From contig CBDBKE010000004.1 in assembly GCA_965206645.1 (NCBI GenBank), positions 1,984,001 through 2,048,000 of the forward strand: 64,000 nucleotides of DNA, read 5' to 3'. The position numbers and the translations under genes are program-made. The notes under the pieces were generated by a model, which did not search any database, had not been told where the DNA came from, and saw nothing but the letters and a program-made list of their open reading frames with translations. Positions 10,037 to 20,612 of the stretch are shown here, in pieces. How positions within the stretch are numbered: position 1 is the first letter of the stretch; each line of letters opens with the position of its first letter. The stretch comes from Terriglobia bacterium (GTDB lineage: Bacteria; Acidobacteriota; Terriglobia; JAJPHL01; JAPKYU01).

Positions 10037-10687
10037 TCACAACCGCCGCTGCCCGACACAGAGGTAAATGGCGCCGGCGTAGAACTCCCGGTACAGGACC
10101 TCGTCCATGTGTCGCCTGACTGACACCCAGGGTGTTCGCTTGGCATAGTCAGGGCTCACTCCAAAGGGCCGTAGGAACCAGGCTCCGAAACGAACCATCC
10201 ACTCCGGCAGCCGTTCCGGTCGCTTCATCTCCAAGATCGCCAGGCGGCCCCCGGGACGCAACGCCTCCGCCACCCGCCGGATAGCTCCGTCGTAGTCATC
10301 CACCATGGTCATCGCGAAGGTGGATAACACGCCTCCGATGTTGCCCGGAAGCTCGTAGTCGGCCACGTCGGACTCCACCAGGTTGACATTCGCCCATCCC
10401 GCGGTCTCCACGCGATGCCGGGCTTCGCGCAGCATGGCATCGGTAAGGTCGACGCCAACGATGTGCCCCGCGGCGGTGACGGCGCGTTCCAACCACGGAA
10501 AGTTCCTTCCCGTGCTACATCCGAGGTCCACAACGGTGTCGCCTGGTGAAACACTCAGCGCCTCCACCGCACGGCGACGGTAAGTGCTCACGCGCGCGCC
10601 GGAGAGGCGAAAAAGTCCGACGAGCCGGTCGTAGTGGGGGGCGCGTCGGCGATAGAGCGCTCGCGTCTGAGACGGACTCAGCACCAT
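10037..10687 (-). CDS. Class I SAM-dependent methyltransferase
   Basis: VVDLGCSTG, GVDLTDAML, LRPGGRL; start placed at ATG 10687. Confidence 0.88.
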   Translation of the reverse strand: MVLSPSQTRALYRRRAPHYDRLVGLFRLSGARVSTYRRRAVEALSVSPGDTVVDLGCSTGRNFPWLERAVTAAGHIVGVDLTDAMLREARHRVETAGWANVNLVESDVADYELPGNIGGVLSTFAMTMVDDYDGAIRRVAEALRPGGRLAILEMKRPERLPEWMVRFGAWFLRPFGVSPDYAKRTPWVSVRRHMDEVLYREFYAGAIYLCVGQRRL

Positions 10688-10958
10688 GAGTTCCGGGTCC
10701 CTTCCCTGACGAACAGCAGACACGTGGCGGGTTCGTTCAGTCGGCGATCTTGCCCTCGGCTTGGCGCTCGTCCATGCCCCGACGCCTGCAACCGTTTGAC
10801 CGCCGCGTGTGTGTCGAGCATTGAGGCTATTCCACAAGTCGCAGCTGCGACGGCGGGATGCGAGGCGGCGAGGGCGAGACGACGAGCGCGCCCTGGCTGG
10901 CCTTTATCGGACGGCACCAGATAGGTCCTCTCCATCAAGGGTTCGCTGCTTACTCCTC

Positions 10959-11330
10959 TCAGATCAGGTCGTCAACATCGATGCCGAGCGCCTCGGCGAG
11001 GGCGGACAAGGTCCGGGCCGAGCCGGTGCGTCGGCCCCTCTCGATCTGCGACAGGTAGAGCGCGTTGATGCCAACGGAACTGGCCAGTTGCTTCTGGGTC
11101 ATGCCACGATGCTCACGGTACACCCTGACGGCTTTCTCTCCCGCCAGAAGGCGATCCGCCACCTCGATAGGAAAAGACTCTCCACCCACGGACTTGGCGT
11201 GATCGTAAAGCTCTTCGTCGCTCAGCCCCGCCTCGGCATCCATCATCGCCAAGCGTGCGTACTCCCGCCACGGGATCACGGCGAATGCCGGTTTCCCGCC
11301 ATCGTCGAGGATGACTTGCGGTTTAGTCAT
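10959..11330 (-). CDS. XRE-HTH antitoxin
   Basis: YREHRGMTQKQLA...YLSQIERGRR. Confidence 0.88.
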   Translation of the reverse strand: MTKPQVILDDGGKPAFAVIPWREYARLAMMDAEAGLSDEELYDHAKSVGGESFPIEVADRLLAGEKAVRVYREHRGMTQKQLASSVGINALYLSQIERGRRTGSARTLSALAEALGIDVDDLI

Positions 11331-11602
11331 GGTGTCCCTCCTAACTCTTTGTAAACGTCGCCGCGTGGGCCGATGCGCAGCACGTCGATTTTTCGAGCTT
11401 CTTCGTCCCGCTCGAAAATGACCCGCCAGGGGCCAACCCGCAGCCGCAAGCCGGGGCGGCCCCGCAACGGCGTTACGTCAATGTCCCGCCGGCCGGGATT
11501 CTGGGCCAGTTTGTCCAGTTCACCGCGCACGCGGCGGGCATCCCGAGCTCGCATTCTTTGCAGGGTTTTGATGGCTTGCTTCCGGATCGTCAGCCGGTAC
11601 AT
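11327..11602 (-). CDS. RelE/ParE-family toxin
   Basis: PLRGRPGLRLRVGPWRVIF...IGPRGDVYK. Confidence 0.88.
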   Translation of the reverse strand: MYRLTIRKQAIKTLQRMRARDARRVRGELDKLAQNPGRRDIDVTPLRGRPGLRLRVGPWRVIFERDEEARKIDVLRIGPRGDVYKELGGTP

Positions 11603-11768
11603 GGCATCCACGCTCTGGACCGCATCATATATAGCTTAACGCTTTATTCGCGTCAAATCCTATCGCTTTAGGTGTATCAATGGAACGGAGTGCTGGCGGC
11701 CGCTGCCAGAACTACCAGCCAATGTCATGGTCACGGCTGCGCATTCTGCCTTGGATAAGGCTCTCAAT

Positions 11769-11899
11769 GGTACTGTCAAGTTGAGCAGAATCTGCCCGTT
11801 TTGCGGAAGGATTCTGCTGGATCAGAGACTGAGAATCAATGACTTAGCGGTGGCGGCGGGCGGCGAGAATGCCGCCAAACTGCTTAACTTGACAGTACC
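11769..11899 (+). mobile_element. 131-bp IS6-type MITE, copy 2
   Basis: GGTACTGTCAAGTT...AACTTGACAGTACC. Confidence 0.9.
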
Positions 11900-12124
11900 C
11901 CCTGAAACCCCTCGCGCGGTCCCGCGACCGGCGCGGGCAGGTGCCCCCCTACAGTGTCAAACGTGGGACGTGCCCCACCCCGCCGGGGTTACCTCGTACT
12001 CGTATAATGATTGCGTCGGGAAGTGGAATTGTCTGGTCTATGTGCCGCCTCCAACCCACCTGGCTGCTAATACTTTTTCAGACTGCAGGCATTCCCTGAA
12101 ACGGTAGGGGTTGCCTTGGGCTTG

Positions 12125-12255
12125 GGTACTGTCAAGTTGAGCAGAATCCGCCCGTTTTGCGGAAGGATTCTGCTGGATCAGAGACTGAGAATCAATGACT
12201 TAGCGGTGGCGGCGAGCGGCGAGAATGCCGCCAAACTGCTTAACTTGACAGTACC
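12125..12255 (+). mobile_element. 131-bp IS6-type MITE, copy 3
   Basis: Same IRs and body. Confidence 0.9.
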
Positions 12256-12553
12256 CTCGGCGAAACTTACCCACATCCATGGAGAAGTCGATCTCATTTT
12301 TTTCCAGCACTCGAACGTGATCGTAAAGCGCACGAAACAGACGTTCCTGCCACAGGAAGTAACCGTCCAGGCCCCAGAAAATCAGCACGGGAACCAACGC
12401 CACAGGTGCGAACTTAGGATGTCCCCCTCTTGCTAGCAGAACAAATAGTGCGGCCGCTAAGGCCACGCTCCAACCCTTCATCCGGAATGAATCAGCCGCG
12501 AGCTGGTTGACCACGCCTTGGATAAATTCGAGATGCTTGAACTTTGCCTCCAT
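12256..12553 (-). pseudogene. Small membrane protein, 3'-truncated by MITE
   Basis: KHLEFIQGVVNQLAADSFRMKGW plus two hydrophobic segments and FWGLDGYFLWQERLFR. Confidence 0.65.
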
Positions 12554-13094
12554 TGGATGACCTCGCCGATCGGTTTCAGTCCGTCTTTGCTCGGAAAGCC
12601 AGCTTGTCCCGTAGCGCGTCGGGAAGATCGTCTATCGACCGCCTATGCCCGCTCGGACCTGTTCGAGCGGCGGCGCCGGCTGATGGACGAGGGCGTCTGC
12701 CATAGAGACGATGTAACTAATTCTATATAAATAGCTTACAGCTGCATCGGTAAACGCTTCCCCTCATCGTATCCCTCGTTCGCAATCAGATGTCCGAGGG
12801 CGGTGAAGACCCTATGTGGACGGCTTGACATCGTGGACCGCAGAGACGACCACGCGCTGATCAGGCGCTGCGGGGCACCATCGCCACCCCCGCCGTTGTC
12901 ACCGAACGACGATCGAGCGGCGGCCAGCGACGCGTACGCGTGGCCGGCGGACAGAGGCACAAGAGAGCCGAACCGCCGCGCAGGACGTTCCTGTACTTCC
13001 TCTGACGTGCGGGCCTGCTCGCCGGCCGGCGCTGAGCAGGCCCGCTACCGTGGACGATGCTGGCACAGCGGAAACACTCCTCATACAGTGGCAG

Positions 13095-13120
13095 TGGTGG
13101 AGGCGCAGGGAGTCGAACCC
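13095..13120 (-). other. tmRNA/tRNA-Ala-like 3'-end fragment, probable att-site remnant
   Basis: Minus strand GGGTTCGACTCCCTGCGCCTCCACCA (T-loop plus CCA); no matching 5' half. Confidence 0.65.
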
Positions 13121-13550
13121 GTTCGCGCGTGTTTCGGTAACTGACTGACGACGCGTAGTTTGTGGTCTAACACGTTCGACGTCAAGCGTTTGTTGGCAGC
13201 CGTCGAGTCTACTGGGGTCCACGTGAGTCCCCTCGAATCGACCCGGGTCGTGGAGAAATAGTGGAAGAGGCGGGAACCTGTTCCCGATCCGCCTGGCGGC
13301 GGGTGCGGGTCCCGCCTCCTCCACAGGACACATACGGTGTTGTTGCCTGAAGACCCGCTGCGGCGAGCGCCGCACCAGCACGTCGCACTGGACCAGCTCG
13401 TTCTCCAGGCTTCCCTAGAAGAGTGATTCCGAGGCTACGGTGACGGTGCTCTGACGACACACGTCTTATAAGTTGTTGATGTTATTGACGATACTCTAAA
13501 TAGAGTTTGAATCTCTAGGTGTTGGGAATGTTGTATATATAATAAGCAGC

Positions 13551-15079
13551 GTGACACAGGCTGACCTGATACAAACGGCCCTGGCTACGCGCGGCCCGAT
13601 GCGATCGTCGCACCTCGCGGCCCATCTCACTGATACATATGGCCTCTCTCCTGATGCCGCCAAACAGCGTGTCTCACGGGCGTTGCCGCCTATCCGCAAG
13701 TTCCCTATCCGCCTCCTGCCGAAGAACGAGGCCTTTCTTTACCACCAGAACGACCGGAACTCGGAGAGGTTCTGGGATGCTCTTGTCCGCTCCCTGCGTG
13801 AATCCTCTTCGATTTACGGCTTGGCGCTTGACGGTCTGATAGCTCGGGGCGGACTAGCCCAGCGCCCGAGTTTCAATGTCGTGGCCGGCGCGCCCGAGGC
13901 GCAAAAAAGCAGGTGCCGCTGTCTGGCTTGCTGGACAATCTCGAAAACGCCGCCCTCGTCAAGCGGTTCGAGGTTGGCGAGATGGGCGAATGCGTCTGCC
14001 TTGATCCCCAGGTGTTCGACACTCCCGACCCGCACACGTTCCGCGCCCGCAAGATCGCCGAGGATGTGCTTATGGACGGCCTGCGCGAGTGGACGCGCAA
14101 GCTCGGGCTCGCCAGCTACAACGCCATTGAGATCCGAAACGCCGAACGGGCTCCGAAATTCAGCACGTTCCACTGGGATCTGTCCGGCCCCAGCTATCTG
14201 CTCCCCCTGGTGTCCGTCGGCCGCGATGGCCGCAAGCCTGGATTCTTCGTCGCCGACGTGTTCTGCAACGGCACGTTGGATGTGCAGAACATTCAGTATT
14301 TCCTGCGCAAGGTTCGCATGCTCAAAGCAATGCGTCGGGTTGTACCGTTCATGCCGGTTCTGCTTGCCGACCGTTATACGACGGAGGCCCTGCGGGCCGG
14401 CAAAGCGGCCGGCATCATAATGGCGACGACCCGCAATCTTTTCGGTGATGTGGTAGCCCAGGCCCTCAGCTCCCTGATTGATACGCTGACCCACGCTGCC
14501 GCAGTAGCCGCCAGCAACCCGGACCGTCTTATCGGTCTGCTCAAGGACCTCAGTGCGATTGAAGGCGCTGCGGGCAACTTGCGCGGCTCACTGTTCGAGA
14601 TGATCGTCGGCCATCTCGTCCGGGAAGTTGAAGGCAACACGATCGATATCGGAGAGATCGTCTATGACCCGGAGTCTGGCAAAGCCGCCGAAATCGACGT
14701 GCGGCGCATAAAGGAACGTCAGGAATGCTGGTTCTACGAATGCCGTGCCCGCCAACCCAACGCCCGGATCGGTGCGGATGAAATCTCCACCTGGATTGAG
14801 AAGGTCAACCGCGTCTGGCGATCCCACCGCGCCCAAGAGCGTTTTCAGAGTTGCCGGTTCGGCTTCGAGATTTGGACGACTGGCCACTTTGACGACAAGG
14901 CGCTGGCGCTTCTAGAGGAAGAGAAAGCAAAGCGCAAGCGTATAGAGATCGGCTGGCGCGACGGCGCCCATGTGCGGGATTATGCAAAACGGGCTTCGCG
15001 TAAGGCCATTCTCGACACGCTCGATGAGCATTATTTCAAGCATCCTCTGAGCGATGCGAAACAGGCCGCGTCTTGGTAG
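13551..15079 (+). pseudogene. About 509-aa protein with C-terminal PD-(D/E)XK nuclease-like motif, 1-nt frameshift in an A6 run
   Basis: ORFs 13551.. and 13913..15079 join if one A is added at 13903-13908; LRGSLFEMIV...EIDV...FYECR. Confidence 0.7.
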
Positions 15080-15209
15080 TGTGCGTCTGCCTGCGCCATA
15101 GTCCGCGCCAAGCGCGCGAACCTTAATCGTCAGATTGCGGCGCTTGAGCGCGCGGTCGACAGGATGGAGAGCAAGAGGGTCCGACGGGCGGGTGCCGGCC
15201 GCACAGCAG

Positions 15210-16271
15210 GGCGTTGTTGCGTAATTCGCGCTCGCGGCGAACCGGGCCGAGAAGCTCATCCGCCTCAGTACACGCGCTCCGATCGTGGCATTCCAAGCTC
15301 CGCCATCCGGTTCAGCACAGCGCACTTGATCGCGGCTTCGACTTTTTGGTTCTTGACCGTGCGGGCCGAGAGGCTTACCCCGAGTATCGCCTTGTACCGT
15401 GAGACCGCATTCTCCGCCACGCTCTGGCGAGTGCAGCCACTCGACTTCCGCCACTCATAACGGCCCTGCGTCCTAATACGCCAGAGATGGGTATCACGCA
15501 TCGCACGCCACGGAGGCGGATGAGAGTCTCGGCTGCATCGTGCATTGCGTCGCGGCAAGATCGTCACGATAGCGTCGTGCTGGAGCACGGCCTCGTAGCA
15601 GGAACCCGTGTCGTAGGCCCGGTCTGCGGAGACTTGCCCGATCGAACCAGGAGTCTTAGACAGCAACGAAGAGAGCCTTCGGGCGTCGTGGACGTTGCTC
15701 GCAGTCAGGTCCATCGCAACGATCTCTTTCGTCGTCTCATCGACGCCTAGGTGGAGCTTTCGCCATGTCCTACGGCGGAGGGTTCGGTGTTTTCTGATGT
15801 GCCACTCACCGGCTCCGTAGATCTTCAGGCCCGTCGAATCGATGACGACATGTCGTGGTCGATCCGTGGGCCGCACACTCAGTCGGACGTCGACGGCGCT
15901 TTGCCTTCGGCTCACCGTGCTGTAGTTGGGCACTGGGAGGTCGAGAGCCATGAGCGCCACGATGGATTGAAGGAACCCTTGAGTGGTCCGTAGGTTGAGG
16001 TGAAACACCGAATTCAGGACCAGCGCACATTGGATCGCCGCATCTGCGTAGACCTTGGGCCGGCCTCGCCCTTCGAAGGGTCCTGGATGACGCCAGGCAG
16101 CGACTGCCTCCGTGTCGAACCACAGTGTCAGCTGCCCGCGTTTCACCAGAGCCCGGTTGTACTCCGGCCAGTTGCGAACCTTATATCGGAAGGTGTAGTC
16201 GCTTTTGCCCATCCCCTAGCCTATCAGGAGGGAGAGCGTTGGGGATGGAGCCAGATTTCTGCAACAACGCC
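15210..16271 (-). mobile_element. IS5-family element, complete
   Basis: 1062 bp, both IRs. Confidence 0.93.
15265..16212 (-). CDS. IS5-family transposase
   Basis: Near-identical to 4654..5601. Confidence 0.93.
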   Translation of the reverse strand: MGKSDYTFRYKVRNWPEYNRALVKRGQLTLWFDTEAVAAWRHPGPFEGRGRPKVYADAAIQCALVLNSVFHLNLRTTQGFLQSIVALMALDLPVPNYSTVSRRQSAVDVRLSVRPTDRPRHVVIDSTGLKIYGAGEWHIRKHRTLRRRTWRKLHLGVDETTKEIVAMDLTASNVHDARRLSSLLSKTPGSIGQVSADRAYDTGSCYEAVLQHDAIVTILPRRNARCSRDSHPPPWRAMRDTHLWRIRTQGRYEWRKSSGCTRQSVAENAVSRYKAILGVSLSARTVKNQKVEAAIKCAVLNRMAELGMPRSERVY

Positions 16272-16403
16272 CCGCGCGTGTGCTTTCGTGGCCAAGCCGG
16301 ACGGGCGTAAACGAACACCGCTACACGAACTCGAACGGAGAGAGGTGCTTGCAGCCTGGCGGAAGACTGAAAGGGCCACCGACCAAGCAATGGGTCTAAT
16401 CAG

Positions 16404-16534
16404 GGTACTGTCAAGTTAAGCAGTTTGGCGGCATTCTCGCCGCCCGCCGCCACCGCTAAGTCATTTATTCTCAGTCCCTTATACAGCAGAATCCTTCCGC
16501 AAAACGGGCAGATTTTGCTCAACTTGACAGTGCC
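16404..16534 (-). mobile_element. 131-bp IS6-type MITE, copy 4
   Basis: Same IRs; slightly more diverged. Confidence 0.9.
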
Positions 16535-16754
16535 CGCCAGAGCGTGGCGGAGAATGCGGTCTCACGGTACAAGGCGATACTCGGGGTAAGCCTCTCGGCC
16601 CGCACGGTCAAGAACCAAAAAGTCGAAGCCGCGATCAAGTGCGCTGTGCTGAACCGGATGGCGGAGCTTGGAACGCCACGATCGGAGCGCGTGTACTGAG
16701 GCGGATGAGCTTCTCGGCCCGGTTCGCCGCGAGCGCGAATTACGCAACAACGCC
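16535..16754 (+). mobile_element. IS5 3' fragment
   Basis: Matches 5437-5656. Confidence 0.9.
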
Positions 16755-16946
16755 GCTGCGCGGCGTGTGGGCCACCACCACATGACCCTCAAGGCGGCCC
16801 AGGGTGATGAATCGTGGTGCGCCGTAGTCGAAGCGGGTATCTTCGAACGTGACGCACGGCCCGGAGAACACGGTTTCTGCATCATCAAAGCTGAGGCCGT
16901 GCTTGGATAAGTTCTCTTGGCTCTTGGTTTCATCCCATTCATACAC
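16755..16946 (-). pseudogene. brnT: BrnT-family toxin truncated by IS5
   Basis: MYEWDETKSQENLSKHGLSFDDA...DYGAPRFITLG. Confidence 0.82.
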
Positions 16947-16989
16947 GGCCGAGGTCCATAACTACAGGTGTAACAACTAAGCCCGTCCG

Positions 16990-17065
16990 TTTGAAAGCTG
17001 TGCTCGGTTGCACCCAAAGTGGGTGTATATTTTCAATCGCCGGAAGGCCGAAAAGGAAATTCCGG
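16990..17065 (+). mobile_element. IS1380 right-end remnant
   Basis: GTGTATATTTTCAATCGCCGGAAGGCCGAAAAGGAAATTCCGG matches the IS1380 end at 37327-37369. Confidence 0.75.
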
Positions 17066-17070
17066 CTCCA

Positions 17071-19053
17071 ATGCCGACCATCCTCCCCTCGGCAAGCGAC
17101 ATGACTCGTGTCCTCGGCTGCAGCATCTTGCTCGCAACAGCCGCTGCCGCGCAGGTATACACGATTGAGACCATCGCGGGAGGTGGGGATGGAGTTGGCG
17201 ACGACGGTCCGGCTATCAGAGCCAAGTTGACAGAACCAACCGGCGTGGCGGTCGACGCCGCGGGCAACATCTACATTGCAGATCGGCACAATCACCGCGT
17301 ACGCAAGGTCGACACCTCAGGAACCATCAGCACCTTTGCGGGCACGGGGGTGGGCACGAGGGACTATGGTTTCAACGGGGATGGCGGACCAGCGGACCGC
17401 GCCTTGTTGGCTTTCCCTGAAGGGGTGGTTGTGGACGCCGTGGGCAACGTCTACATCGCAGATACGGACAACCATCGTATCCGCATGGTCGATGCCTCGG
17501 GCATCATTCATACTATCGCGGGCACGGGGGTGGGAGGCGCCACAAGGGAGGGCGGTTTGGCCGTCGAGTCTGATCTATTTAGGCCTCTCGATGTGGCGGT
17601 GGACGGTGCTGGCAATATATACATCGCGGACTTCACTCGCATCTTCAAGGTCGACATCTCGGGTATAATCCGCACTTTCGGGGGGACGGGACGGGCGGAA
17701 ACTGGCGCTAACGTCTTCGCCCCTCGCGGCGTGGCGGTAGACGCCGTCGGCAACGTCTACTTTACTAACCCTTCCTTACCCGGTATCCGCAAGGTTGACG
17801 TCTCGGGCGCCATTAGTACAGTCGTCGAATTGGTGGAAGAGGATAATCTTCCCCGAGGTCTGGCGGTCGACACCTCCGGAATCGTTTACTTCACGGACAT
17901 CATAAACTTTCGGGTTTACAAGGTCGACGCCTCGGGTGCCCTGACCACCATCGCCGGCCTGGGAGTGGGGGACTATAGCGGGGACGGCGGCCCGGCCACG
18001 AAAGTCAAATTGGAATTTCCTAGAAACGTGGCGGTGGACGGCACGGGGAACGTGTATATCCAAGACTTCTCCCGCATTCGCAAGGTTGATGTTTCGGGCA
18101 TCATTGACACTATCGCGGGCGGGGGTGAGAGAGACTCTAGTGGAAATAGCGGCCTGGCAGCCGGAACCTTTCTGGATAATCCTCGTGGACTGGCAGTGGA
18201 CGATGCAGGCAACATCTTCATCGCAGAATGGGGCAGACACCGCATCCGTAAGGTCGACACGTTGGGCGTCATCCACACCATCGCGGGCACGGGAGAGAGT
18301 GGTTTCGGCGGAGACGGCGGCCCGGCCACCAGCGCTCTGTTGGCTTTCCCCCTTGGGGTAGCAGTGGACGCAGCTGGGAATGTGTACATCGCAGACGCTT
18401 TGAACCACCGCATCCGCAGGATAGACATCTTGGGTGTCATCGAAACCATTGCAGGTTCGGGTGATGGGGTTAGCGAGGAGAATTTCAGAGGAGATTATGG
18501 GGGAGACGCAGGTCCGGCCACTAGCGCCTTGCTGGCTCGCCCAGATGACGTTGCAGTGGACGACATGGGCAATGTCTACATCGCGGACACGTTCAACCAC
18601 CGCATTTGCAAGGTTGATGCTTCGGGCATCATTGACACTATCGCGGGCACGGGAGAAAGAGGCTTTGGCGGAGACGGCGGTCCGGCCACCAGTGCTTTGT
18701 TGACTTTCCCTCAAGGAGTGGCGACGGACGGCGCGGGCAACATCTACATCGCAGATGCGGAGAACCACCGCATTCGTGTGGTCGATAGCACGGGTGTCAT
18801 TCGCACTATCGCGGGTACGGGAGAGGACGGGTTCGGCGGGGACGGCGGCCCGGCGGTTCAGGCCCAGTTAAACTACCCCCCTGGCGTGGCGCTGGACGAT
18901 GCGGGCAACGTCTACATCGCCGATACGCACAACCACCGGATCCGAATCCTGACGCCTGCCGGTGGTGAGCGAGCGCCACTGTTAGAAGAAATACGCGGTC
19001 TTCTTCGACTACGATCTGCGGTCCCGACACGCACGTTAGGAGGGAAAAAGTGA
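17071..19053 (+). CDS. Secreted NHL-repeat beta-propeller protein
   Basis: Signal peptide (ILLATAAAA|Q); about 11 repeats of P.GVAVD..GNIYIAD..NHRIRKVD; start 17071 or 17101. Confidence 0.92.
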   Translation: MPTILPSASDMTRVLGCSILLATAAAAQVYTIETIAGGGDGVGDDGPAIRAKLTEPTGVAVDAAGNIYIADRHNHRVRKVDTSGTISTFAGTGVGTRDYGFNGDGGPADRALLAFPEGVVVDAVGNVYIADTDNHRIRMVDASGIIHTIAGTGVGGATREGGLAVESDLFRPLDVAVDGAGNIYIADFTRIFKVDISGIIRTFGGTGRAETGANVFAPRGVAVDAVGNVYFTNPSLPGIRKVDVSGAISTVVELVEEDNLPRGLAVDTSGIVYFTDIINFRVYKVDASGALTTIAGLGVGDYSGDGGPATKVKLEFPRNVAVDGTGNVYIQDFSRIRKVDVSGIIDTIAGGGERDSSGNSGLAAGTFLDNPRGLAVDDAGNIFIAEWGRHRIRKVDTLGVIHTIAGTGESGFGGDGGPATSALLAFPLGVAVDAAGNVYIADALNHRIRRIDILGVIETIAGSGDGVSEENFRGDYGGDAGPATSALLARPDDVAVDDMGNVYIADTFNHRICKVDASGIIDTIAGTGERGFGGDGGPATSALLTFPQGVATDGAGNIYIADAENHRIRVVDSTGVIRTIAGTGEDGFGGDGGPAVQAQLNYPPGVALDDAGNVYIADTHNHRIRILTPAGGERAPLLEEIRGLLRLRSAVPTRTLGGKK

Positions 19054-20612
19054 TGAACTCCGCAAGAGCAAAGCCCTCGGGGACGGTTGTAGTTGAACGC
19101 GGTCCGGTCAGCCTGGCCGTAGATTCAAAAAGAAGAGGAGGATGGAGAGGAATGTTCAAATTCAATCTGTTTGCGGCCATGCTATGTCTGTTAACCCTAA
19201 ACTTGATGGCGCAAACCGTGCCGCGGCCCGCAGGTCCCTACTTCGAGCCACTCCTGGATTGGCAATACAGAGCAGGAATATCGAAGCGCGACATCGTGAT
19301 CGCCCCCGGCGACAGCATCATTCCCCAGATTGCAAACAGTGGGACCCCGCAAAACGGGGGATTCTTTATGATCTTCCAGGCCAGTAATGTCTCGACGACC
19401 ATGGCGACGTTCCAAGTGGACTTCTTCGACCCGAACGGGGAATCCATGAACATGCCACTCGCAACAAGTCCCGATGACCTGACTGGCACACCTGCCCGTG
19501 GATTTCAGGGGGCCCTCTCCCCGGGCGGTTACGGTGCGCAAGTTACGATTCCAGACGGCTCTCCCACGGCCATTGGTTATGCCGTGGTGACCATGAATCC
19601 GGCCAAATCGGTTGCAGTCAACGCGACGTTCTTGCAGTTAGTTCCAGGGCGCCCGCTGTTTATGGCCGGCGTGCCACTGTCGAACGTCCTTCACAAGACG
19701 GCATTCATGCCGTACCTATCAGGGGCTGGGTTCACTCCCACCCTGGCTTTGGTGTCGCTGCAGTCTCAGGATGTGACACTGATTGCGCGCACCGGCTTTG
19801 GCGGGGCCGAACTCTGTAGAGCCACAATGAACTTCGGTGCTGGGCATCACCGACCGTTCCTGTTAAGGGACGTTCTTTCCTGTACGTCTGCGTCGGAGGG
19901 AACGCTTGAAATTCGCGGAGATCCTCTGTTGCCTGGCTCCATAGCAGGGATTGGCTTTGAAGCGCATGACGAAGGAGCGTTTGTGACCCAGCCGATCTGG
20001 ACGAGCTTGGCGCGAGTTACGGGCGAGATGTTCGCTCCGGCAGACGAAGCTGCGTTCAACGATCTCTCCGTTGGTAAACGGGTGGCGACGAACTACCCGA
20101 CAGTCTATGTGGATTTTGTCAGTCCCGGGCGTTTCAGGGAAACCGAGGGCGCGGACACCTATACGGGAAGCTATACCTATCGGAACACAGGTTCGAATAC
20201 GGGAACGTTAACGTTTAACTACGATGACGGCGATCGCTGTACGGCCAGCCTTACGTTTGATTCGACGACCTCGGGCACCGCAACCTCCACGTGCGACGAC
20301 GGATCGAGCGTAGAATACGACTGGCGGTTGATTGATATTCCCACCGGCGGAGACGATACAGCCGAAACACGGTACAACGTGGGTGACGTGATCACCACCT
20401 TGCCCACCGGAACCTGGTTTCCTGACCGGCTCAGCGGCAGCGTCGGGTTCAGGTTCGTAGACGGCAAGGCGGACATCCGCTTCGGCAACGGCGGGCTTAT
20501 CGAAGAGAATGGCTACAGATACATGTGCGAGAATGCCGGAGGTTGCCACGTCAATGACCGGGAGGTAAAAGCCAGGACGATTGTGGAAACCTCAACAGAG
20601 AACAACAACTGA
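19050..20612 (+). CDS. Secreted hypothetical protein, multi-module
   Basis: Signal-like FAAMLCLLTLNLMA|Q after ATG 19152; beta-rich modules; Thr/Gly-rich C-terminal domains. Confidence 0.75.
   Translation: MMNSARAKPSGTVVVERGPVSLAVDSKRRGGWRGMFKFNLFAAMLCLLTLNLMAQTVPRPAGPYFEPLLDWQYRAGISKRDIVIAPGDSIIPQIANSGTPQNGGFFMIFQASNVSTTMATFQVDFFDPNGESMNMPLATSPDDLTGTPARGFQGALSPGGYGAQVTIPDGSPTAIGYAVVTMNPAKSVAVNATFLQLVPGRPLFMAGVPLSNVLHKTAFMPYLSGAGFTPTLALVSLQSQDVTLIARTGFGGAELCRATMNFGAGHHRPFLLRDVLSCTSASEGTLEIRGDPLLPGSIAGIGFEAHDEGAFVTQPIWTSLARVTGEMFAPADEAAFNDLSVGKRVATNYPTVYVDFVSPGRFRETEGADTYTGSYTYRNTGSNTGTLTFNYDDGDRCTASLTFDSTTSGTATSTCDDGSSVEYDWRLIDIPTGGDDTAETRYNVGDVITTLPTGTWFPDRLSGSVGFRFVDGKADIRFGNGGLIEENGYRYMCENAGGCHVNDREVKARTIVETSTENNN

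Noticed and set aside
13095-13170. Complete tRNA gene
   Set aside because: Only the T-arm and acceptor 3' strand are present.
13899-13912. Programmed -1 frameshift at AAAAAAG
   Set aside because: The zero frame reads CAA AAA AGC, so the A AAA AAG heptamer is out of register. A6 is short for transcriptional slippage, so a one-base deletion or error is more likely.
15080-15209. Possible retron-like ncRNA hairpin after the nuclease-like gene
   Set aside because: No reverse transcriptase in the window; the stems are GC-rich and imperfect, and the stretch also reads as a coiled-coil peptide fragment (VRAKRANLNRQIAALER).
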